This document shows positions 52,776-64,000 of a stretch of 64,000 nt of DNA, piece by piece. Source of the DNA: the human T2T-CHM13v2.0 reference genome, Homo sapiens. The stretch's first letter is position 1. Each line of letters begins with the position of its first letter. Position numbers and translations under genes: made by a program. The stretch lies in NCBI RefSeq assembly GCF_009914755.1, contig NC_060935.1. One strand, 5' to 3'. The notes under the pieces are model-generated. The model did no database searches. It was not told the DNA's origin and worked only from the letters and a program-made list of their open reading frames with translations.

Positions 52776-53488
52776 TGCATTCAGAAATGGCAGTGAGCTG
52801 GCCCGGCTGGCACGCAGGTAGACACCCACTTGCTGAGACTCGAGATATCTGCTCCTGCCTTTGATTCTGGCACTGTCTCCAGAGCTTTGTGTTAAAAATG
52901 TAAATGTTATTATTCATATGCAACCTGGGAGGAGTAAAACATTAGTATTTCCGCACTGCCATTTTATCACCCTAGTAGATCAAATACCTGAGGAGAAAAA
53001 GCCGGAATAGGGTATCTAGGAAGAAGGAGGGGAAGGAAGTCCTGGAGACAAAGATTTTTGTTTCACAATTTTGCCTGAGGCCACACCTTCGTGATGCTCT
53101 CTGGAAGGGAACACCCCAGGCAGGAAAGGATCACCAGGTGTCAATCCCAGCTGGTATCACAGTCTGCCTCAGCCTTGCCCTAGGTCATTAGGAGTCAGAA
53201 GAACCACTGTCACCCTCTCCCCCGTTTAGAGATGTTAATCTGATCACTAACCTGTCTCTGCAAAGTGTGAACATTTGTTTTTCTTAGATCAGTTGATACA
53301 AGGTTGAAATTATTCAAAGGGAATTCTTAAAATATGAGACAGAAATGCAAAAAAACAGAAAATGCAGACAACTGTTTTCTCCTAACACAGTGCATCTCTT
53401 TCTGCGGGTGCAAATGGCCCTGCTGGCTGCTGGAATTTCCATGTCCTCAGAATCTAAGACTTCTGTTCAATAAAATTGTATCAAATCC

Positions 53489-53806
53489 CAGGGACATGGA
53501 TGAAACTGGAAACCATCATTCTGAGCAAACTATCGCAAGGACAGAAAACCAAACACCGCATGTTCTCACTCATAGGTGGGAATTGAACAATGAAAACACT
53601 TGGACACAAGAAGGGGAACCTCACACACCGGGGCCTGTCGTGGGGTTGGGGGAGTGGGGAGGGATAGCATTAGGAGATATACCTAATGTAAATGATGAGT
53701 TAATGGGTGCAGCACCCCAACATGGCACATGTATACATATGTAACAAACCTGAACCTTGTGCACATGTACCCTAAAACTTAAAGTATAATAATAATAAAA
53801 TTTAAA
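53489..53806 (+). mobile_element. 5'-truncated L1PA 3' end with 17-bp TSD
   Basis: GGACATGGATGAAACTGGAAACCATCATTCT...CTTAAAGTATAATAAT; TSD AAAATTGTATCAAATCC (53472-53488) and AAAATTGTGTCAAATCC (53807-53823). Confidence 0.93.
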
Positions 53807-54399
53807 AAAATTGTGTCAAATCCATAGGTGTTTCATTTTTTCTTCAAGTTAAGCAAGCTTTATTATGTTATAACTTATTTGCACAGAAGCGATAGACTAC
53901 AATAATATAAACTGCAGTGTAGATTGTAGTCAAACTTTCTAGTATCATGTATTTTCATTTGATCTACACATTTCAATCAAGCATATCTAATATATTTGCT
54001 GAAACCACTTGGAAGCTTGGACCAGGGGCTCACGTGAACCTCAGACTGAAGTCGTAGCTTCAGTGTGGTGTTGCCACTGTGCCTTCCTGGGGTGGGGCTC
54101 CGGGAGTGTGGGGGCAGAGCCAAACTTCTGCCTGCAGCCCAGGCTGCTGGAGCCGTGGCCTGGGTGGCACCTCCCAGCTGAGGCGGGGGCTACTCTCTCT
54201 GGCCCCCAGGCATTGCAGAGACAATCACCATGAACCACGAGGACGCTTCCTTTGTCCTTCTGGAAGGGTCTGTGGCTCTCAGCCTCCTCTCGCCCCAGCC
54301 TTCTCTGTCATAGTCCTCGCTCTGTCACTAACCAGCTGTGACCAAGGGCTTTGGGATCCATACTTGGGACTGGTCTCTCTACTTCAGTGCTTTGCAGTT

Positions 54400-54875
<476 letters not shown>

Positions 54876-55458
54876 GGCGAGTGGCCACATGGGCACCGCC
54901 GTCACCAGAGGCCCCTGGCGCCTGTCAGGAACCTACGCGCCAGCCCTCCAGGCTGCAGGGACATGCACCTTGGAGCTTACATTTAAAGACCTACCCAGTC
55001 TAAGAGATGCTTTCTTTTCATCATATCTGCGCAGCAGATTTATACCTTTAACCTTTAATTATAGCGTCAGCCTACGGAATGATCTGTTTCTCTCCAGGTT
55101 GGATAATGGGCTCTGCCACCACTAGGAGATCTTTACTTCTCCCTTGTGGGTGCCAGAGGGGGGTGCCACTGAGGAGAAATACCTGAGTGGAGAGGAGGAA
55201 ACGCAGCCATACTGTGCAGCACCTAAATGCCAAGGAAAGGAGTTCAGGCGTGATGCCTTCAGCAGTGAAAAATCCTTGAAGATTATAGAGCAGAGGGGTA
55301 GCAAAGGTAGCAGACAGTGAAGGAAAGCCTGCGAGGTTGAAAGTCTAGAAGCATTGGATTTGGTTCTCTTCACTAGCTATGAAGAAGTATCTTATTCATA
55401 GCTCACATTTCTGAGACTCAATTTAATCTTTGTCTGTAAAATGGGGATAGTACCCACC

Positions 55459-55942
55459 TGTATTAGTTAGGAGTCTGCAGACAGAGTCAATAAAATACAG
55501 ATAGATAGATACAGATATATAGTTACATAGATAGATATAGATATAGAATATATATATATATATGTATAGAAAGAGAGAGCGAGAGAGAGAAACCAGGCTT
55601 TAAGGAATTGGCTTACACAATTATGGAGGCTGACAAGTCCAAAATTTGTAGAGTGGGCCAGCAGGCTAGAGACCCAGGGAAGAGCCCACGTCGTGGTTCA
55701 AGTCCAAAGGCTGGCAGAATTCCTTCTTTCTCAGGGGAGGTCAGCCTTTTACTGCATTTAGGCCTTCAGCTGATTGGCTGAAGCCCACCCATATTCCAGA
55801 GGACAATCTCCTTTACTCCAAGTCCATCAACTTAAACGTTAATCTCATCCAATACATCCTCACACAAACACCCAGAATATTGTTTGACCAAACAGCTGGG
55901 CACCCTGAGGCCCGGCCAAGTTGACACATAAAATTAACCATC
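55459..55942 (-). mobile_element. MLT2 LTR with (TA)n/(GA)n tract
   Basis: TGTATTAGTTAGG...TTTAAGGAATTGGCTTACACAATTATGGAGGCTGACAAGTCC...CAAGTTGACACATAAAATTAACCATC. Confidence 0.8.
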
Positions 55943-56039
55943 TGAACACCCTGTAGTGAGGGCCACATTCATTCACATGTTTGAGAGAATGTATATGACC
56001 ATGTTTTGAAACTGTCACGTGCTGTAAGAATACAAGACC

Positions 56040-56994
<955 letters not shown>

Positions 56995-57728
56995 TTAAGA
57001 AGAGAAAACAATGGGATTTAGAGTTAGAGGCCCTCAGCAGATGCCCAAACATGGAAATGGATGAATATTCATTAGAGTTGTTATCAGCCAGGATCCTGGC
57101 AGAAAACAAAATCATCTTGGCTGGTCCAAATGAAGAGACTGTAAAATGGAAGAGCCACTTACAGAGGTGAAGGCTGGGTGAAGGGAGGGTGGGTACAGCA
57201 CAAAGCAAGCCCACCCCCTCGGTGGTTATTAAAGGTCACAGCCTGGCATGTAGCACCTCACACCATCAAAGCAATTTCACCCCCATCATCCTGCCTGACT
57301 CCCGCAACAGGCTTGTCGTGGGGTACGTTACAATCCCTATTTTACAAATTGGGCGACTGGATTGAAAAATGAAGCAACTTGCCCAGGGTCACAGGACTGT
57401 TCCCCGTCTTCACATGCCCTCGTCTTTCCACCACACCACACAGCTGTCCCCAGAGAGGGGACACAATGACGCACCTTGTAAAGTGAATTTACATTCAAGA
57501 ATTTAAGAAGGATATTCCCAGGCATTATCTCCTAGCGGTGCTCACCCTGTAGCTGCTGCCCCCACGGGAAGAGAGTCACACGTGGCAGCTAAGTGATTCC
57601 CATAAGCACACACTGGACGATGCTACATGCTGCTCTCCATCCCTCCGATGGCTCGCTGTCACCCGGCCAAGACAGTAAAGAGCCCTCTGTCATCTGGCCC
57701 TGGCAGGTGATCTCCCGGACCTAACTTC

Positions 57729-57828
57729 CTTTGCCCAGGCTGGTATCGAACTCCTGGGCTCAAGCAATCTTCCCACCTCAGCCTCCCAAAGTACTGGGAT
57801 TACAGGTGTGAGCCACCCACTACACCTG
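57729..57828 (-). mobile_element. Alu left-arm (FLAM-like) fragment
   Basis: TTGCCCAGGCTGGTATCGAACTCCTGGGCTCAAGCAATC...GGATTACAGGTGTGAGCCACC. Confidence 0.8.
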
Positions 57829-57829
57829 T

Positions 57830-58059
57830 TCTCCTCTTTCCTTAGGACACCCAAGTTAACCAGCTTCTCTGCTCCCCCTTAAACGTGTCAAGCACAGGCC
57901 CATCTCAGCTCCCACCCCCTCTGGCTGCTCATTTCACTTGGAATTCTCTTCCCCCAGGTTCCATATGGTGTACTTCCTCCCTTTATCCAGGTCTCTGCTA
58001 AAATATAAAAAAAAACTTTCCCAAGGAAGCCTTCCCTAGTTACCCTGCATGTAATCACG

Positions 58060-58106
<47 letters not shown>

Positions 58107-58270
58107 CCCTTATCATTACTTGGCACTTTGTCTATCTGTTTATCACCTGCGGTCCCCACCAGCAAATAAGCTCCATGAAGGTGGGAAGTGTCTTCTCCTC
58201 ATCGTCTCCAGTGCCTAGAGCAGTGCCCAGCACGTATAAAGGGCACAGAATTGTTGCTGAGTGAATGAAA
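57830..58270 (+). mobile_element. L2 fragment containing (CG)n(CA)n at 58058-58103
   Basis: AAGCTCCATGAAGG...CCAGTGCCTAGAGCAGTGCCCAGCAC...TGTTGCTGAGTGAATGAA. Confidence 0.6.
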
Positions 58271-59337
58271 GAGCAAATGCCGTGTGAAGAGGTGAGAGGG
58301 CCGGAAGGTGCAGAGGGTTGCACGCTGCGCACTGCGACCCGACGTCTCCCTCTTCTTCCTCCCCATTCCACGCTGGCTGCAGCTGTGATCTTCCAAATGT
58401 TGAATCAAGTGCCTCCTTGCAGAGCTTGGTCTATTAAATATTGCAGAGCCTCCTGGGCTGAACAGATGCTGAATGTCAGGAGAAAGTTTGTCTCCAGGAA
58501 CAAAAGCAGGAAACACTCTCCTCACTCCCAGCCTCCAGATGTCAGAGGTCCCTAAGGCAGAGGGTGAAAGAGCCGCCAGGACAACATCCTGCCCTTGAGT
58601 ATAGAGATAGATGCCCACCTCATCTCATTTCCCAGTTCCTTTTGGGCTTCCTTCAGGGAAATTCACTGTCCCTTCTGCCCCCAGTGCCTTCTCCCCACTT
58701 GCCTTCCTCATTAGCCCCATAGAAGCAAGACACCGAGGTGGGAAGGGGGACGAGGAGGACTGGGCCCTATTTCTCCCATCTATGTAAAGGGAGGGATATC
58801 AGGGAAGTCTCTGTCTGTGTACTCAAGTTTGGGATGCTGGGACATGTTTCGAATAGCAGGAAAGGACCCCAGAAATATATTATCCAGAGGAAACTGGCTA
58901 ACTAGGAGGCATGGTTTGAAAAAAAAAAAAGACAGCGTCTGCAGCTTCCTGAGTAACATTTCCAAACAAGAACTGCCTGGCCCATAGCAGGGGCTGCTAT
59001 GCGTCTGAAAGGATGGCAAGACTGCCATCCTTGAGTCTAGATGGGTGGGAGGGGACCCCCTCTGGAAGGCAGGACGCTGGTGCAGAGAGGGAGTCAGCTC
59101 TGTCTTCCGCACTGGGACCACTGTCTGGGGTCCCAGGCTTGGCCTGTGACGGCACACCATGTTCTCTCCCTCCTCATCCACCCTCCGGCCTGCCTCCAAG
59201 GACATGATCCAAAGCTTGACACAGGGAACCTTAAACAGTGAGGGAGGTAGAGCTGCCCCTGGAGTTCCAAGAAGGTATAATTACAGATTTTTCACACCAT
59301 TCACCACTGACAGTGATCTTGAAACCCTGGAGGACTC

Positions 59338-59644
59338 TTTTTTTTGTTGTTGTTTTTTTGAGACAGAGTTTTGCTCTCGTCACCCAGGCTGAAGTGCAGT
59401 GGTATGATCCGCCGCCTCCCAGGTTCAAGCTATTCTCCTGCCTCAGCCTCCCAAGTAGCTGAGATTACAGATGCCCGCCACCACGCCCAGCTAATTTTTG
59501 CATTTTTACTAGAGACGGGGTTTTGCCATGTTGGCCAGGCTGGTCTTGAACTCCTGACCTCAGGTGATCCGCCCACCTCAGCCTTCCAAATTGCTGGGAT
59601 TACAGATGTGAGCCGCCGCCTGGCCTGAGCCACCATGCCCGGCC
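59338..59644 (-). mobile_element. AluS with duplicated 5' head
   Basis: Poly-T plus both arms; ends TGAGCCGCCGCCTGGCC-TGAGCCACCATGCCCGGCC. Confidence 0.9.
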
Positions 59645-60868
59645 AACTCTCTTTCAAAGTAGAGGGCCTGCCATGGTGTGGCACCTGGAGAAGGGGCAGT
59701 GAAGGATGGGAGTGGCAGGCCACGGACATGAAGCCGGTGGTGGGGACCTTATAGCTCCTCCTGCACAACAGCAGCCCTCAGAACCCAGGGCAGGAAGAGA
59801 GGAGGCAGGGCCCAGGCAGCAAGGATGGGGGGCCCAGGCAAGCCACTCTGGTCTCTCTGGACAAAACACCGGCCAACCATGGTCCACCTCTAGGCTCTGC
59901 AACAGTGGAGATGTCACCAACTGATGAAAGTGCATCGTGGTCTTTGGGTAGAGGGAAGGCCCAGAGGCCCACAGGAAAGCTGAGGCGCAGGCTGGGAATT
60001 GGGAGACCTGCTTCTATTTCAGGTCTGCCACTAGCTCCCTGTGTGTCTGGAGCAAACCACTTAACCCCTGAGGACCCCATTTTTCATCTGTGAAGTGGAA
60101 TAACACATCCTGGGAGACTTTAGAGGGTCACGAGAGATGCTGTGCACACAGGCTGAGCTCCTTCCTGGGTCCCACCTCCAACCCTGACGACACTGACCTC
60201 TGCTTACCACGCCCACCCCACCATGCAGAGCCGCGCCTCCAGTGATGTGATAGGGGACAGTCCAGCCTCCATGGCCAGGACGGTGATGAGTGCCCACCCC
60301 CGGCTCTGTCCCTGCATCCAGGCTGTGGTTTCCATCATGAACACGTGATCCAGCCTTGCAGACAGCAGAGACAGAGCCCAGGGGACAGAACTAGCTCTGG
60401 GGTGGAGGTGCCTGTTCTTCCTCCCAGGAGTCGGAGAGGGAGCTGCAGAGGGAGCCACAGAGTCCCTGGGGCAGCAGATGGTCGCTGCACGCTTCCCTCA
60501 GCCACCTGCCTACAGCCGGGCAGTGGCCCCTGTTGTTCATGCCCGGGACCAACCCCTGTGAAGCTAGGGGGCCCTTGGCAGGGGTCTTCAAGGCTAGAGG
60601 TTCCTGGATTTATTTTCAGGACCACGTATGTGTGTATTTGCTTGGTGAGAAGCGGCGCTGAGGGTAAATTGCAGAGGGGCTGAGGTGCTGCAAGGAACAC
60701 AGATGAGGTCCCACGACACCCACCTGTGCACTTCTGTTCCTCCTATTCCAAAGCCCCAAAGAGCATAGAGGGCTGTCCTACATCTACCAGAAAAGGCTTT
60801 GCGACAAGGCCGATCTGCTGGTGGGAGGCCTACGACAGGCATCACGAGGGTCCTCCTAAGGTAACCAT

Positions 60869-61685
60869 CCATCCTGGCATCCTGGGACAGAAGAGTTCCC
60901 AGGGTGTGGGACTTCCAGCACTAAAACCAAGACAGTCCTCGGCACACCAGGATGAGTTGGACTTTGGAGTCCTGCAAGCAGGCGCTCAGCACCAGCACGG
61001 GTGACCATCCTGGCATCCTGGGACAGAAGAGTTCCCAGGGTGTGGGACTTCCAGCACTAAAACCAAGACAGTCCTCGGCACACCAGGATGAGTTGGACTT
61101 TGGAGTCCTGCAAGCAGGCGCTCAGCACCAGCACGGGTGACCATCCTGGCATCCTGGGACAGAAGAGTTCCCAGGGTGTGGGACTTCCAGCACTAAAACC
61201 AAGACAGTCCTCGGCACACCAGGATGAGTTGGACTTTGGAGTCCTGCAAGCAGGCGCTCAGCACCAGCACGGGTGACCATCCTGGCATCCTGGGACAGAA
61301 GAGTTCCCAGGGTGTGGGACTTCCAGCACTAAAACCAAGACAGTCCTCGGCACACCAGGATGAGTTGGACTTTGGAGTCCTGCAAGCAGGTGCTCAGCAC
61401 CAGCACGGGTGACCATCCTGGCATCCTGGGACAGAAGAGTTCCCAGGGTGTGGGACTTCCAGCACTAAAACCAAGACAGTCCTCGGCACACCAGGATGAG
61501 TTGGACTTTGGAGTCCTGCAAGCAGGCGCTCAGCACCAGCACGGGTGACCATCCTGGCATCCTGGGACAGAAGAGTTCCCAGGGTGTGGGACTTCCAGCA
61601 CTAAAACCAAGACAGTCCTCGGCACACCAGGATGAGTTGGACTTTGGAGTCCTGCAAGCAGGCGCTCAGCACCAGCACGGGTGAC
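60869..61685. repeat. Tandem repeat, 6 x 136 bp, almost identical units
   Basis: Units start at 60869, 61005, 61141, 61277, 61413, 61549; the only difference I see is C>T at 61391. Confidence 0.97.
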
Positions 61686-62848
61686 TTTGCTATTCTAAAC
61701 CAGCCTCCTCTCTCAAATTTCCCACCCTCCACGAAACTCTCCAGCCCTCTTCTGGCAGCGCCTCCACCAGCCCCGAAAGAATGGAAAAGGCAACCGTTGA
61801 GGGCCACCTGGAGAGTGTGTCCCTGGAACTCAATCCTCATTTGCCAAGCCCCATCCTTCCCCCTCTTACCAGGTGGGTTGCCTTGGCACGCAACTTCGTG
61901 CCTCAGCTCTCTGCATCTGTAAAGTGGGAATCCTAATAACACCTCTTTGTAGTAGCAGAATCGTCCTGGGGAACAGACGAGTGAAAACGGGTCAACCTCT
62001 TAACAGAGTGCTGGCTCACAGCAAATGTCACATAAATCTTGGCTATTGCTATTACTATGCACAGAGAACATGAGATATTCTCATAGGGACTTACATGTGT
62101 CACCTTGTCTAATTAAAAATAAATTTTTTAAAGCCTTGAGACAGATGGTATTAATCCCTGTTTGACAGATCAGGAAATAGGCTTAGAGAAGTAATGGGGA
62201 GATTGGGGGTCAGGGCAGGGCAGGGCCAGAGGAGCAAAGATGGATATTCAGAGCCACGGTGAATGCTTGTAAAAATCCCAATCCTGCGTGCAGCCTTCCC
62301 CAGCTGCTCAATGTGCCAAGGCTGAAGTTCCAGTGTCCAGTGTACTATGAGCCCTGCTCCAAGCCATCCTATGCCTGCCTTCCCTGGCCTCTTCAGGCCT
62401 CATGTGTTCTGGATCTCTCCTTTCTGTTTTCACGCTCCCTGCCCCCCTACCCCAAGAGCTCCTCACCCTGCCATGCACCCGTACCTGGCTGGCCCCTTCT
62501 CGTGGGCCAGCAGCCCGTCAGGCAACCATGCCAACTGAGTGAGCCCTTAGTGCAGGGCACAGTCTCACAACAGTGCCCAACAGGTCCCAGGCCCAGATGC
62601 CCCTGAGAAGGTCCCTGAGCTGCCTCTGCTCATTAGGACTTTCCCCTGGCTCCCACTCGGTCCTGCCTCACACTGGCTGCAGTCGTGACTGGATGTTTAT
62701 GTGTTCATTTGTCAATATCTGCCACCCCCTCTAGACTCCATGAGGGCAGGAACTGTTCCTGACTTATTACCATCTGTGGCACATACTAGGTACTAACTAA
62801 ATAAGAATTGCATGACTATAAAGTGGATGAGTGAATGCGAAATAGTAT

Positions 62849-64000
62849 CGTGGCCGGAATTGGTGGGTTCTTGGTCTCACTGACTTCAAGAACGAAGCCG
62901 TGGACCCGCGCGGTGAGTGTTACAATTCTTAAGGTGGCGTGTCTGGAGTTTGTTCCTTCTGGTGTTTGGATGTGTTCGGAGTTTCTTCCTTCTGGTGGGT
63001 TTGTGGTCTCGCTGGCTCAGGAGTGAAGCTGCAGACCTTCACGGTGAGTGTTACAGCCCTTAAGGCAGCGCGTCTGGAGTTGTCCATTCCTCCCAGTGGG
63101 CTCGTGGTCTCGCTGGGCTCAGCAGTGAAGCTGCAGATCTTTGCGGTGAGCGTTACAGCTCATAAAAGCAGCGTGGACCCAAAGAGAGAGCAGTAGCAAG
63201 ATTTATTGCAAAGAGCAAAAGAACAAAGCTTCCACAGTGTGGAAGGGAACCCGAGTGGGTTGCCGCTGCTGGCTGGGGCAGCTTGCTTTTATTCTCTTAT
63301 CTGGCCCCACCCACATCCTGCTGATTGGTAGAGCCGAGTGGCCTGTTTTGACAGGGTGCTGATTGGTGAGTTTACAATCCCTGAGCTAGACACAAACGTT
63401 CTCCACGTCCCCATCAGATTAGTTAGATACAGAGTGTCGACACACAGGTTCTCCAAGGCCCCACCAGAGTAGCTAGATACAGAGTGTCGATAGGTGCACT
63501 CACAAACCCTGAGCTAGACACAGGGTGCTGATTGGTGTGTTTACAATCCCTGAGCTAGATATAAAGACTCTCCACGTCCCCACCAGACCCAGGAGCCCAG
63601 CTGGCTTCACCCAGTGGATCCCGCACCGGGGCTGCAGGTGGAGCTGCCTGCCGGTCCCGGTGCCCTGCTCCCGCACTCCTCAGCCCTTGGGTGGTCGATG
63701 GGACTGGGCGCCGTGGAGCGGGGGGCGGCGCTCGTCGGGGAGGGGGTGGGAGGCTCAGGCAAGGCGGGCTGCGGGTCCCGAGCCCTGCCCCGCGGGAAGG
63801 CAGCTAAGGCCCGGCGAGAAATCGAGCACAGCGCCGGTGGGCTGGCACTGCTGGGGGACCCAGTACACCCTCCGCAGCGACTGGCCCGGGTGCTAAGTCC
63901 CTCATTGCCCGGGGCCAGCAGGGCTGGCCGGCTGCTCCGAGTGCGGGGCCCGCCAAGCCCACGCCCCCCCGGAACTCCAGCTGGCCCGCAAGCGCCGCAC
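62849..64000 (-). mobile_element. LTR12 (ERV9 LTR, LTR12C-like), truncated by window edge
   Basis: Minus-strand end ...CCAAGAACCCACCAATTCCGG; U5 repeats with GTGAAGCTGCAGAC and GGTGAGTGTTACAG; U3 repeats with CCAAT and TCTAGCT; GATAAGAGAATAAAAGC box; CpG-rich U3 segment. Confidence 0.92.

Noticed and set aside
53334-53744. 136-aa ORF with familiar-looking C-terminus
   Set aside because: Translation of the L1PA 3' end, not a gene.
60869-61685. Regular array resembling CRISPR; repeated 62-aa ORFs
   Set aside because: Units are contiguous and identical with no unique spacers, no cas genes, eukaryotic context; the ORFs only reflect the 136-bp period.

Overview
GC-rich primate (almost certainly human) genomic DNA containing the 5' end of IGSF9B on the minus strand. 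Coding exons 1-3 (17474-17537, 6850-7047, 5009-5155; all GT-AG, all phase 1) encode the signal peptide and first Ig domain; later exons lie left of the window. The promoter sits in a CpG island (~16.2-18.35 kb). The remaining ~46 kb is upstream sequence with Alu, MIR, L2, L1, MLT1/MLT2 and MER-type repeats, a 43-bp intronic minisatellite, a near-perfect 6 x 136-bp tandem array, and an LTR12 (ERV9) LTR at the right edge co-oriented with IGSF9B. Nearly all other ORFs in the track are repeat or GC artefacts. I see no new protein-coding system. The best leads are regulatory: two uORFs (one with an AUGA stop/start overlap on the IGSF9B start), a near-consensus REST/RE1 site ~1 kb from a CTCF-containing mini CpG island, a ~0.5-kb degenerate palindrome with mirrored POU/ONECUT/MEF2 motifs, a mirrored copy of the exon-1 donor across the promoter, a duplicated exon-3 donor behind an in-frame stop, and a minisatellite that gains RBFOX motifs through CpG decay. 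Repeat boundaries and subfamilies are by eye and approximate.
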